Shown here: in pieces, positions 47,690 through 60,066 of the stretch
Layout of the letters: every line of letters begins with the position of its first letter
Numbering within the stretch: the stretch's first letter is position 1
Assembly (NCBI GenBank): GCA_013239625.1
Contig: MU053487.1
Span: 639,058-703,057 of the forward strand
Length of the DNA: 64,000 bases
Direction of reading: 5' to 3'
Source of the DNA: Lama guanicoe
Taxonomy: Eukaryota
The notes under the pieces: generated by a model
The model's input: only the letters and a program-made list of their open reading frames with translations
The model's database searches: none
Told to the model about the DNA's origin: nothing
Program-made: the position numbers and the translations under genes

Positions 47690-48371
47690 TAGTCTGCATT
47701 CAATCACTGTATTCAGTGATTTCAACACTGGGGAAATTTAATATAGAGAATTTTAAGGCTATGGTAAGATAGTATGTGTAAAGATGGAAAAGGACCCATG
47801 GAGTGATAAGTGTGGAAGGGGCTGTTAGGACCTCACCAAAGAAGGTCTGGTTGCAGTGCTCTGCATGATGGGAAAGTTTGCTGGGTTTGTAGGAGCTGGA
47901 GCTAATCCACAGTAACTGTGCAAACAGCAACAACCTTACGGAGCCTGGATGAGCTGAGGCTGGGAGTTAGGAGTGCAGAGGGAGTGGAGGAGAGACCACT
48001 GTGGGGCGGAGGCTAGGAGCATGCAGCGTCCACAACCAGACAGCTGCACGAGGTGGTCTCTGGACCTCGGTGGGGCTGCAAGTTCCCAGGGGGAGTGCAT
48101 ACTTTGGGCATGCATCTGGGCCAGAGGGCCTTGGGTTGTCCCCACCCACGTGCATCGCTGAGAAAAGGTGCAGGTGGAGCTAGAAAAGCAAAACCAGAGC
48201 AAGTCAAATCAGGGAGATTTGCCTCCTGCCTCCTGCGATGTCCTGCCAGCGCCCTCTACTGACAAACCTTGGCATTGTGCTCCCTATCCAGGAGAAATGC
48301 TTCCATTATCCCAGAGCAGGTAGTGAAGGGTGAATTTGGAGCTGAGAAGCATTAAGTCAATAACTGGCCCA
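47690..48371 (-). mobile_element. ERVL LTR (LTR41-like)
   Basis: cctgcgatgtcctgccagcgccctctactgacaaa...cagagcaggtagtgaagggtgaatttggagctgagaagca..ataactggc is the reverse of an LTR41 5' end. Confidence 0.78.
48246..48264 (-). promoter_or_regulatory. CTCF core motif
   Basis: Minus strand TGTCAGTAGAGGGCGCTGG versus consensus CCAS(C/T)AG(A/G)(G/T)GGC(A/G)C; motif match only. Confidence 0.65.
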
Positions 48372-48792
48372 CCATCTTGGTTGTGGTTTATCTTGTAACA
48401 CCATTGAAAATATTTGACTTTCACAACCATCTCCAAAGACGCTTCATGGGCTGCAAAGCTGGAAAGTTGTACAAAGGGTTCCAGAGAGCAAATCCTTCCG
48501 AGAGAATGACTCCGTTGGCAGCCCTCCCAGGAGGAAGACCTGGATGCAAGCCCGAGTTGGTAGCAGTCATTTGTACCCAATCCTTCCCTGCTGCCAGGTA
48601 GTTTCTATCTGTTCAGTTTACAGACTTGGAATCTGCCAGGCATGGGCTTGAGCCCCAGCTCTGGCACTCACCAGCTGTATAACTTTGGACACTCTGCAGT
48701 CAGTTCTTGGTGGTCCAGATACCAGTGTGTGCCTAATGATACTCTGAAGTTACAGCTTTCCCATCGCTTCAGAGGCTCAATCACCATGCCCT

Positions 48793-48942
48793 AAAGGGTC
48801 AACATCCTTTTCCTGGAATGGGCCAGGTAGTAAAGGTTTTAGGCTTTGCGGGCCATAAGGTCGCTGTTGCAACTATCCAGTTCTGTCTTTGTAATGCAAA
48901 AGTATCCACAGAAAACAAGCACATGACTGAGCATGGCTGTGT
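48793..48942 (+). mobile_element. MER58A (hAT-Charlie), 3'-truncated
   Basis: gggccaggtagtaaaggttttaggctttgcgggccataaggtcgctgttgcaacta...gcatggctgtgt. Confidence 0.88.
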
Positions 48943-50399
48943 GTGGGGAGGTGTGTCCAGTATTGGATTGAACTGGGTGTCCCCTGTAGCGCCATGGCCT
49001 CCCCCTTTCCAGACAGAATTTTATCTCAGGACTTACTGAATTGCCGTCCTGTGGGTCTTGGAGCCCCTGACGATGTCGTAATGAATTGTCCTGGCTTTGA
49101 ATCTGGAGCATCAGAGGTTGGGGTTTTGGTTGCTTCCTACCTAGAATGTCCTAATCTTCTTATTTGAACTTGGTCTTTAGTGTCCAGCTCTGCAAACCTA
49201 AGGAAGGTAGTAGCTTTTCTAAGTTACTCAGAAAACAAGATGTTGTTAGACAGCCCTGGCAGTGATGCACTGTGGGAAAAGGAGAGCCACTTTCCTCTTT
49301 AAGGAATAGCCTTGACAACACAACATTATCAAACCATCCCTGGCTCCATGGTTTTATTCTCGCTACAGATATTAAAGGCAAAAAGTTGTCACTGTTGGAA
49401 AACGATCATTGGTTATTGGCCCCTGTGGATATTCTGGGCCAGAGAAGTTATGGTAAATTTGAATATATCAGGTAATGAATTTGAAGGAAAAGTAGGGGCC
49501 GACAGAGTAAAACATTAAACTAATTGTCCTAGTGATGGGGGTGGTGATGCTCCCCAGACAGACACCTGTGAACATGCCTCTACCCTGGCTGGTCTGTGAG
49601 CCCAGCTGCTGTCCCTGCCCTGTGCCACCAGCTCATATGATAAGGTAACCACTGCACCCTGGCATTTTCCTTCACCTTTTTTTTTTTTAAGCTCTGTTTA
49701 AATTCTGGGGCAGAAGTGTTGATGCCGAGATATTATGCCCTTTTGATAACTGCTGCTTAAGCTGCTTCTTTGACAGACAAATTCTAATTAAACAGTATAA
49801 TAAGTTGCAGAAACACAACCATTCTTGGTGCTTTTCCTGTGGCATGTCACATCTGAAAAAGCCACATCCTGTACCTTGCAGATACATTTTTAGGAACTGT
49901 CTCTGTGAAGTTGCACTGACTGTTTCTCCAGAGATGTTGGTTAGGCTAACACCTTCCTTTTTTTTCTCTTAGTGGAAACTATTTTTAGGTAGCAAATGAA
50001 TTGCAGGGAAGTTAAGGTCAAAGAGATTTGTATTTCTTTGCAGCAAATTCTGCCCTCGGCTTAGGAATGTTCCAACAGCCTGTTGAATGACTGAACTGCG
50101 ATTTGAACCTGGGTCTTTCTGTCACCATACATTCCAGGGAAATAAAAGGAAAATGAACAACAATGACAACACAACAAGTACCCAAACCAAGGTACTTGAT
50201 TCTGGATATATGATTTGACTTGGATTTGAGGAATAGAGGGTCATGACAGTGGTGATTTTCAGGAAATGACTGGAAATGTGGATCCAGAACTTGAGTGACA
50301 AGTGCAGAGTAGAGATTTAACTGTGAGAGTCTCCTGTTTGGAGCTTTATTTTTAAATCCAATACTCTTTATTTAACCTGATTAAATGGCATTTTTTATA

Positions 50400-50515
50400 G
50401 GTTGTAGTGGAAGAGGCACTTAAGGGAGTCAAGAAAAGCTTCCTCTCCTGAGTATTTACCTTTATTTACACTTGCTGTGTGCCTTTGGGCAAGTCACTTA
50501 GCCTCTCTGATTCTG
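50400..50515 (+). mobile_element. MIR SINE fragment
   Basis: gctgtgtgcctttgggcaagtcacttagcctctctga. Confidence 0.7.
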
Positions 50516-50905
50516 GAAATTAAGTCACCCAATCTGAGTTTGGTGGGAGCAGTAGGCACTCAGGCTAACTTGGGCTTATTCACATGGTAGGCAGAGGATT
50601 CCACAACAGTGAGTGGAAGCAGCTGGGTCTCAAAGCCTCTTCTGTCACTTTCCACTGGTCAGAGCTGCAAAACAAAGCTGGGAAGAGAGAGGAGAGTCAT
50701 TGAAAGTGATCTACACGGGGTTAGTTTTCATTCTGGGATCTTCAAGGAAGATAAGTGATTAATATAATGTGGCGACCGGGGTGTGTGATATGATGTTAGC
50801 TGAGAGGAGAGACAGGTACCCACTGCAAAGGGAACACAGCACGGAATCACAACGTACTCGCTGTGTGGCCTTGGACAAAATACCTACTGTCAGAACCTCA
50901 GTTTT

Positions 50906-51649
50906 TTTTTTAAATGAAGTATAATCAGTTACAGTGTGTCAATTTCCAATGTACAGCACACTGTCCCAGTCATGCATATACATACATATATTTGTTTTCA
51001 TAATCTTTTTCATTAAAGGTTATTACAAGATATTGAATATAGTTGCCTGTGCTATACAGAAGAAATTTGTTTTTTTTCTATCTATTTTTTATGTAGTGGC
51101 TAACATTTACAAATCTCAAACTCCCAAATTTATCCCTTCCCACCCTCTTTCCCCAGTAACCATAGGATTGTTTACTATGTCTGTGAGTCTGTTTCTGTTT
51201 TGAAGATGAGTTCATTAGTGTCCTCTTTTTCCTTTTTTTTTTTAGATTTCACGTATGAGTGATATCATATGGTATTTTTCTTTCTCATTCTGACTTATTA
51301 CTTCACTAAGAATGACGATCTCTAGGTCCATTCATGTTGCTGTAAATGGCATTGCTTTATTCTTTTTATGGCAGAGTAGTATTCCATTGTATAAATATAC
51401 TACAACCTCTTTATCCAGTCATCTGTTGACGGACATTTAGGTTGCTTCTGTGTCTTGGCTATTGTTAATAACGCTGCTATGAACATTGGGGTGCATGTAT
51501 CTTTTCAAATTAGCATTCCCTCTGGATATACAGCCAGAAGTGGAATTGCTGGATCATATGGTAAGTCTATTTTTAGTTTTTTGAGGAATCTCCATACTGT
51601 TTTCCACAATGGCTGCACCAAACTACATTCCCACCAGCAGTGCAGGAGG
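50906..51649 (-). mobile_element. Young camelid L1 3' end inserted into a MIR
   Basis: Same subfamily as 7844-8155; TSD AGAACCTC(A)GTTTT starting at 50892 and 51650. Confidence 0.92.
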
Positions 51650-52689
51650 AGAACCTCGTTTTTTTTATCCTAAGATTCCCCAAAGCCGTCATTAAGCTTG
51701 TTCTATTTGAGGCACTGGAACCACAGACTAAAAACAAAAACAAAAACAAAAACGAGATGACCCTTGTGAGTTTCTGCAGTTGTGTGTGTCAGTGGTATAC
51801 AGGGAGTAAGGGACGCTGGGTCAGCCTCCTTCATCAATAAAGGGTCATCTGGTGTCTCACGTGCTGTCCAGGGCAGCTTTGAGCCTGCTCACCAGACCGT
51901 TGATTCCCTGAAGTTGCTGAGAAACTGCAGGCGAGCAGTGTTCCCTGCACCCGATGAGCAGGTGCTTCTGCGGGGCAAATCTTCCCTTGTTAGCTCAGCT
52001 TTTGAATTGCTTGACCCCTTTGGGGACCATGCGTGGCTAAAGACTTCAAGTGCATCTCTATTCTGCTCACTTGTCCTGGCTGATTTTCAACTTTGTTTTC
52101 CAGCTGTGAAAAACATATATACGGGTGGCAGTAATTGGAAATTTAATAATTTTTGAATGTTTCTTGTGGTGACTAGAAAATCCACTAAGAATAAATATTT
52201 TCAGTGTTTCCCCATTCTGTGATAAAACTCTGCTAAAACCATACATGAATTTTATTTTCCTCCTTTGTTTTCTTTCTTTCTTTCTTTCTTTCTTGAGCAC
52301 AAAATAGGCTAACTTTGAAGTCAAGTTTGTTTTTTAGTCAAGTGCATGTATCAGTTCCTTATTTTCTTCTTTTGTTTTTATTGCTATGGTGGTCTTAATT
52401 ACTTTTTCCCAAGTCATTTTAGAAATAAAAAAGATGTGGGAATAAAACCACTAGAGTTAGAGATTCAGACAACCAAGCATTGTCTCCCCCTGAGAATTAC
52501 TCTTGAGGCTGCAGTAGGATGCCAGTGCTTTTTTTAACTGATGTTATTTGATTACTGGGTCATCAAAACTTTATCTGCTCTATTGCATTGACTCCCAAGA
52601 GCTCGGGAGTAACAGTTATCATTTACAGGAGCTCCAATTTCATTTTCAAAAGCAGCGCAAGGAAGTAGAACATTTTTGGGAGGAGCGTG

Positions 52690-52830
52690 AAGACATCTGG
52701 GTACCAGGCCCAGTTCTACAACTTAGGCGCTGGGTGACCTTGGAAAACACATTTCACCTCTCTGGGCCTTGCTCCCTTCACCTTAAAGATGAAGCTGCTT
52801 CCTTAAGTTACTGTAAAATATCTTCATTTC
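52690..52830 (+). mobile_element. MIR SINE
   Basis: agacatctgggt..ggcccagttctacaactta..gctgggtgaccttggaaaa..tttcacctctctgggcct. Confidence 0.75.
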
Positions 52831-53704
52831 CAGCCTGAAAGGAATCTCTCATTGTTCACTTCATGGATCTTAGGTTAAGAATTACTTAGGGTTCTGTGGG
52901 GTCTTATCATAAATAAATACTGTTTATGTAAAGATTTTGAAAATGCTGAAAATCATACATGTCTTCTCCCCTCCATGGAGCCCACATCTTTCTTTGATGA
53001 ACTTTAGGTACTGGGGTTCCGGGCTGAGAACCACTGAGGTCTTGGCCGCCTCTCACTTACCAACAAAGCACAACTCTGATGGTTGTTGGAATCAGGTCTC
53101 ACAGAACCAGCAGGAGATCCAGGCTGCAGGGGGAGGTGAGAGAACAGAGGTCAAAGTTGTCCTTCCGCCTTTAAACTCCAGTCTTTAAACTCTTTGTGTG
53201 GGTCTGAATGTGTTTTTTGCGTATAGCAGCAGTAAACTGTAAATTCATTTTCCTTCAGGTCCAGATTCTCTGACTGGCATATTGACAACACAGGTGGCTG
53301 TGACAGGGGTGCTCTCAGCGAGTCTTGGGGCGAGACAACTCATCTCCACAGCTCAGTCTACTGTTTTTTGGGCCCCAGTCCAAAGCATGAGGGACAAATG
53401 GACTCTACGAGGTATGGAATGAGGGAATCAGGCAATTAATTATAGTTCCGTTTAGTTGCCTAGAGAGAGGGAGAGCGACACCATCAGCACACGTCCTGGG
53501 AGAATTCCAGAAAACGAATGTGGGCAGGAGTGCACTCTGTGATGGGACCTCACATTCTCCTTGCACCTTTGGGATACCTTGGCCCGCTCTTGGGTTACTA
53601 TGTGGGGGGAGATGAGAATTTGTGCCAAGAAGTCCAGGGGACACAGTGCCCCACACTCTTGCTCTCATTACTGCTACAACTATAATCGTGCCACCTATTG
53701 CTGT

Positions 53705-53920
53705 TAAGCAGCATCTGTTCAGTACTTACCAGGGCCAGGAAAGGAACCTCCACATTGATCATCTCAATATTCAAAGCAACTGTTTACTGTAGGTAGCATC
53801 ATTATCCCCACTTGGCCAATATGGAAATTGAGGCAATAGGCTTCTTTCGTCTTCCTTACCGAGCTGGTCAGTGGTAGAAGTGTGATTTGAAGGGCGCCAG
53901 CTCGCCTCTTAAATATTGTG
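53705..53920 (-). mobile_element. MIR SINE
   Basis: gtaggtagcatcattatccccactt..atatggaaattgaggc...gctggtcagtggtagaag..gatttgaa. Confidence 0.7.
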
Positions 53921-54648
53921 CTGTGTGGTCTCCACAAACACTTCTGGCCATCTGTGTCTGACCACTGGGATCACAGGGGTTAAAACACTGCCCACTAGTT
54001 CGTGTTTCTGCCACTAATCGAAGCTCCATTCAGTGGCTTTGGTCAGAGCTGCAGGCGTGGTGGGTCACCAGTGCTGCGGGAGCTTTGAGGGTAGAAATCT
54101 TCGGAGGGAGAAGACGGTCTTGGAGCACGTGTGTGACAGCCCTTCTTTCCTGTTACCCACAGGACATCCATGTCTGCTCCTGTCTGATCGCTGCATTAAT
54201 TTCTTGTCCGTCTCCCCTTGGACATTTAACTTCAGCAATGTCCGAAATTGTGTGGTTGCCCGAGTTCACTGTGCTCTCCAGCTGCCTGGGATGCTGGCCT
54301 CCTTCCCCATCTTCACCTGGCGATGTTCTCTGTCCCTCCAGACTGACCAGATGCCCCACCTGGGCATTCGCTTGACAATCTTCTAGTTTTTTCTTGGTTC
54401 CCTGGAAGTTCTTACTCTTGGTCTAAAGTGACACCCGTAGGGCATTTACATTAACCGTGGCAAATCCTAATGATCTGTCTCACATCTGTTTCCTAAACCT
54501 CTCTAGAACACAGACTGGATACTGTTCATCTAGCATCTCCAGGGTCTGGCAAGAGGATTTCTGATATCCGTTTGGCCCATTGCCAGCGCCAGACAAACAT
54601 GGATAATGTGCTCTTTTCCAAGTGAATAGTTAGCTTTCATTGCTTTTT

Positions 54649-54693
54649 TATTAGATTGAATCATATGAAATTGCTGTTTTCATAAGTTAAAAT
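54649..54693. mobile_element. MADE2-like mariner MITE, one arm
   Basis: tattagattgaatcatatgaaattgctgtttt resembles the MADE2 TIR TATTAGGTTGAACCATATGAAATTGCC. Confidence 0.65.
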
Positions 54694-54749
54694 CACTTGA
54701 GTCCCAGCATTTCAAATGCCTGCTTTTCTATTCCCTTGAGTATTTTCAA

Positions 54750-55630
54750 TCTGTTCCTCTCCTGGGTTCCTCCCCTTCTGCTGCTAACACCCTGAGGGCC
54801 CCCTACGTATCCTAAACACATCTTTTCCTTTTTCTGACACTGCCTTCCCTTGAGTCCCGAACTTCTGGAAGGAGCTGGCTGCATTCACTGTCTCCACATC
54901 CCCGCCACCCACTCATGTTTCAGTCTTTTGCCGTCTGACACTCCCTCCCTCTACTCTCCTGAAGCGGCTTCAGTTGCTTTTAAAGCAGCCCTGGAATTTC
55001 TTCAATCACAGGCTGTTGCTGTTCCTCACCCTCTTGGACCCTCCTGCACATGAAAACAAGCATGAAAAGGTGACCCCCTTTCTGAAACTCTCCCCTTCTG
55101 TAAGTCCCACCCCAGAGAACTCTGCTGGCCCCACCTCTCCTGACCATGTAAATGACTCTTCTTCCCACCCCTGCCTCTCAGTGCTTGTGCTCTGAGTCCT
55201 GCCCAAGGGTATCTTCTCCCCTCTTCTCCCCTCCCTGGGAACCTCACGCATCTACCGTGTGTGAACAGGCAGCCCCCACACCCACGTGTCCAGCTCTAGT
55301 GTGAACTCCAGGCCCAGAGTTTCACTCTGGCCTTGGTGTATCAGTAGGATTCAAACCAAGATTGTCCTCTTGCTCCCCAAATCACCTTTTCTTCCTGTTA
55401 TTTCCCTCTTCAGTGGTCCTCTTTAAGGGTTTTGCCTCTTGGTCCACCTGTGTAGCGTCTCCATCATTCTCGTCCCACTGTCTAAGCCCGCAACCTTGCC
55501 TGTCTTTTCCAGCATCCTATTTTCTCTGCCCATCTGCCAGCTCCACACACTCACATGATGAAAATAGTCCTTGGGGAGCCTGACTTCATCATGTTGGCAT
55601 TTCCCATGGCGACTAGCACTGTGCTCCTGT
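54750..55630 (+). mobile_element. Degraded L2 fragments
   Basis: aacttctggaaggagc..cattcactgtctccac; tttctgaaactctcccct; tgaactccaggccca. Confidence 0.55.
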
Positions 55631-55901
55631 TAAATTGGCCTTTGTTGCATATGTATTGAGTTTAAAGAAATTAATCTTTTAAATTACAGTACAATCAGAT
55701 TACATTGTCCTAAGTTTAGGAAAATAGAAGAAAGGAAAAAAACTCACTCATAAATCTACCATCCCAGCACACAGTTCCAATTACTTTGGTGTATTCTTGC
55801 ATAGATTCTCCACCCCTATTTGGAGGGGTGTTTTACAAAGTTGTTATTGTTACCCCAGTGGTCCACCCAGAGCACACAGAATTTCTTAGTAAGGGCTGCA
55901 T

Positions 55902-56216
55902 TGCAGCCATTAATGCTGCTCACCAAGTGTTCCCAGCTCTCTGCCTTTCTGGCAGGATTGTACTTCCCAGCTCCCTGTGTTTAAGTGAGGACATGTGACC
56001 AGTTCTGGCCAATGATCAATTATTTGTTGACCCCTCAGAGCACTCCTTTCCATCAACTTTGGTCCTTGAGTGAGATTATGACTCAGAGGAGCCCCCAAGC
56101 GACCTGTGATGGACATGAAGTGGGAGTGAGGGGAAAAAAAAAAAGCTTTATTTTCTTTCATTAAAATTTTGGGTTTATCTGTTACTGCAGCAAACCTTAG
56201 CTCAGTCTGAGCTATA
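55902..56216 (+). mobile_element. MaLR LTR (MLT1I/J-like)
   Basis: acttcccagctccct..catgtgaccagttctggccaatg ... tgttactgcagcaaaccttagc. Confidence 0.75.
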
Positions 56217-56239
56217 GATCTCTATTTATGAGAGATTCT

Positions 56240-56380
56240 CTGATTTAACACTATCCTTTTCCAGATAGAGAAAGGGAGGCTCCGACGGGGGAAATAGCCC
56301 ATGTCAGACAGAGTCAGTTGTGGCATGTGACTGGAGCCCAGGTTCACCGACTCCATGGACACTGGCCCGGACTGAGCATC
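56240..56380 (-). mobile_element. MIR SINE
   Basis: ttttccagatagagaaagggaggctccga...gcccatgtcagacagagtcagttgtggca..actggagcccagg. Confidence 0.65.
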
Positions 56381-57974
56381 ACTCTGGGCCCCATGTGAGG
56401 CCAACCTTGCACGATGCTGCCCTGCTCTTCCTCTCTGCTTCATGGTATTGTTTCTGCTGCAGGATGTGTGGGGCCAGGCTGTCCCTGGAGTCTGGCTCAC
56501 TGGCCTGCTCTAATTTTTTACCTTGACAGGTCATCTGAGGGAGACTGGGGGCCCGCTTTTGGAGCCCTCTGCAAAATGCCACAACACAGGTGCCCACATC
56601 AGCACGACCACAGCTAGCTTCTTTTCTACAGATGACAGCCTCGAGTTGAGACAGCAACATCTCCATGCAAGTGAGAGTTCAACAATCCCACTTTGGAATT
56701 ATCCGATGGTGGCAAAATTCTCAGATTCAAAGGTATGAGGATAATTAGGACTCTTGTTAATCATTTCTGTATCCCTCTCCCCACCCCTACCCCCCAGCAA
56801 AGAGATTCACACAGATTAATTACTGCCTGCTATAAATAAATGCAGAGAAAAGCAATCTGCATTGGAGAGGCAGAGGGTAAGTGTCATTTAATATATCACA
56901 GCTTTCAGCACACCTGTTCTCCCTTTCTCCCTTTGCTGTTGCCATGGAAACCACACTTTATAAGAGAAGCTATGCATAATTAGCATGGATAGAGGTCTAT
57001 ATCAATCAGAATAATTTGGAAGAATACTGAAAACCCAAAGGAACAGCCAAAACTAGTTGTCTCAATAGGAAGGAATCAGATCTCCACTGTGTGGTAAATG
57101 AGGAGGCAGTTACAGTAGGAAATCAGCAAAATTTACCAATTCTGGGTCAGCTGAAAAACAAGGAGACAGGCTTCCTCCACTTGTGAGGAAGAGAACTTGG
57201 CCATCCAGTTTGACTCCATTCTTGTAAGGACTCCTTGGGGTCACACAAAGGAGATACAAAGCCAAACAAACACATGAATTAATTCTGAGGTGACTGGGCT
57301 AGGGGAACAGGAGCATCAAGAGTGGGGAGGGCTGTGCGCACCTGGGGCGCCCCCGCTGCGCTGTTAGGCAGTGAGGCTGGAGCTCCAAGACCCCAGCTGT
57401 GGGAAGTGCAGGTGGCCGCGTGTGGGGGTCCTTCTGGGGCAGTGAGCAGCTTTCAATCAAAGTGTGGGATTTTATGAGTGTTTGGAATCACCAAATTTCT
57501 TTTTAATGGTGGGGAGGATTTTAGAAATAATCTAGTTCAAATGCACTAGTTTTGAAGGGAGAAATAGGAATCACGGAGAGATGCAACTTGCCTGAGATTT
57601 TGAAGTAGCTGGTGGCCAAGCTTGAGCCAGAACTCTCTGGTTCTCACTTACTACTATTTGCCGAGGCCACTGATCAGACCACCTCTGGGTTGGTCGTCCT
57701 GGTCAGAAATTCTTTGGTCCTTTATTACTGTGGGGATGAAATCGAGCACTTGGCACAAGAAGACATTTGGACTTCGGCTTTTATGGTCTTGGACAATTTC
57801 CCTTCAGGTGTGGACATGCAAATTCATTCACTCATTCATTCATTCATTCATGCAGCAAACATTCATTAAGTTAAACAGGATCCTGTTAAGTTCTTTGCAG
57901 ATCATACACCAAAACCTGCCTGAAAATGGTAAATTTCCAGGGCTCTTCCCGGATCACTGTTTATATTAATTAAT

Positions 57975-58265
57975 ATCCATTCATTCAACATTCATGTATT
58001 GAGTGCCTATTATGGGCCACTCCGTTCTGGGTGCTAGGAAACAGCCCCAGGTAAGACAGGAAGGTCTCTGCCCTCCCAGAACTTGCATTCTAGTGGAGAG
58101 AGACTCTAAGTATGGAAACAAATAAATAAGATAATTTTGTATAGTGATAAGGCCAGTAAGGAAAATAAAGCGGGGTTGTGGGACAGAGATACGAGTTTGG
58201 ATTTTATCTTAATTGCAGTGAGTAGCAATTGGAGGCTTTTCAGCAGAGGAGTGATGTGATCTGAA
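57975..58265 (-). mobile_element. L2 3' end
   Basis: cattcaaca..tattgagtgcctattatgggcc..gttctgggtgctagg...tctgccctc..acttgcattctagtggagagagac. Confidence 0.85.
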
Positions 58266-58529
58266 TAATCAGTACCTTTCCTCATTCCCCAAAGCAGGAT
58301 TTGAGGTCATTGCTCTGAGGAGTTCTTGGGCCAGCTGAGCCCCTTAGATCTGTGCCCAGAAGCGCCCTCTGTCCTCAGAGCAGGCCTTGGGGACAACAGT
58401 AAAGGGGCCAGGGCTTGGGTACATGGCTTCCCCCTCTCCTTCCACCTTCTCTTAGTTGCTCATTCTATGCTTTCTCTCTTCAAGGTCCTGGTAATAATTA
58501 AAATAATAAAAATGAGAGTAATAGCAGCA

Positions 58530-58780
58530 GTGAAAAGGCAATAATAGCAAACTTTTATCTAATGAATCCTTACCACATGCCTGGCATTTGCAGATTGCTG
58601 TATGATATTTAGCTCATTAAGTCTTCAAAACACAGACACTATCATTAAGTTGATTGTACAGATGTGAAAATTAAGGGTAGAGATGAAGTAGTCTTTCCAA
58701 GGTCAAGTACCTAATTTAATGGTGGTGCTAGGATTTGAAACCAAAACCTGTCCTCAGGCTATACTGTTAACCTCTATGCT
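58530..58780 (-). mobile_element. MIR SINE
   Basis: ataatagcaaac...ctcattaagtcttcaaaac...tacagatgtgaaaattaagg...ccaaggtca...ggatttgaaacc. Confidence 0.75.
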
Positions 58781-59234
58781 AATCTGATAACTCAGTAGCA
58801 TCAGTATGTTAAGGGAGAAGGTTTAAATCCTATAGCTCCCACGTTAAGGGAAGCGGGAAGAAGAAAAATGTAAACACCTAGAGTCTACTATGTGCAGAGA
58901 AGTAAACACGATATTCTCCTTTGGTCTCCACAACTGCCACCTCCAGTTCTCTCTGGAGTGATACATTCTTTCAACCATGTTGCTGGATAGGTGTCATGTA
59001 GCCCATCTTCAGGATGAAGAAGTGGAGACTCAGAGGTATTCCATAACTTGACTTGGGGCTGTCAGGTTTTGGCCTCTGGCCCGTGGTGCTCCAGGGAAGG
59101 GCATCACAGCCCTGGTGTCGGACAGACCCACCTGGGAGTTTGGCTGTGCCTCAGTGGGTGTCAAGAATGCCCTCAAGATAGCCAATCAGAGGACCTGGGG
59201 TGACTTCAGCCCCTGGGTGGGTATCTTTGGTCAT

Positions 59235-59680
59235 TAGTAGCTTCATCTAGGTGACATTATGGGTCTTGGAGGTCAGAGCATGGCAGGATAGGCTGGCAAA
59301 TCTTCCGACCCTCGTAGGAAGCTCAGTGGTCATGGTGAGCATGGCTGAAGGGCTCCCCTGTCCATGGTGGACAGGGTACCTGAGGGGCAATGGTGCACAG
59401 TCCAAGGATGGCCTGGGGCAGTGGGGGTGCCTGGATAGTATGTCTTCCATCCTTAGGAAATTAGCTTGGGCCTTTTCACACAGTGGCAGGAATCCAAGAG
59501 CCGCAGGAGAACAGCCCTAGGGAGAAAGTGCTTATCAAGTCTCTGCTGGAGTCATATTTGCTTCTGTCTCATTTGCTGAAGCAAGTCACATGATTGGGCT
59601 CAGAATCAGTGTGGGAGGGGGTCGGTACCACCGAAAGGCTAGGGGAACAACATGGGTCATTATTGCAACTAATCCACCCG
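59235..59680 (-). mobile_element. MaLR LTR (MLT1 family)
   Basis: caagtctctgctggagtcatatttgct..tgtctcatttgctgaagcaagtcacatg..ctcagaatcagtgtgggaggg. Confidence 0.7.
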
Positions 59681-60066
59681 GCCATCATTTCAAGTCATGT
59701 TTGCAAAGAAGAACTGACCTAGGAGGCAGTGATTTCTCCCCACCTTCCTGATGAGAGTGGAGTAAGGATCCAAGCAAGGGCTTCGTTCTGATTATCAGAG
59801 GTGACTTCCAAGTCTTTCCCCAGACATCTACTCCTTCTTTATGGTTTAGTTGTCTCCTGATTTGGGGCACGTTGGGCCCTGTTTTGGAGGTCAGCCTGCA
59901 AATCCTCCTGTTCCTTCTACTTCTTCTGGGCTAGGTTCTTCTTAGGATTCGTTCTCCTTATAGTTCTTGTGTTCAGAAGCCAGTCACTTCTCTAAGCAGA
60001 CTTCATCCTTTCCAGGTTTCAAATGTTATATATTGTCTTTTTTCTTTTATGGTCAATAGAGTATTT

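Noticed and set aside
36506..53442. Identical 12-mer GGCAATTAATTA at 36506 and 53431
   Set aside because: On the order of a hundred repeated 12-mer pairs are expected by chance in 64 kb.
57330..57425. CpG island or CTCF site at gcgcacctggggcgcccccgctgcgc
   Set aside because: The CpG-rich patch is under 100 bp, and the CTCF-like match has the wrong spacing on both strands.
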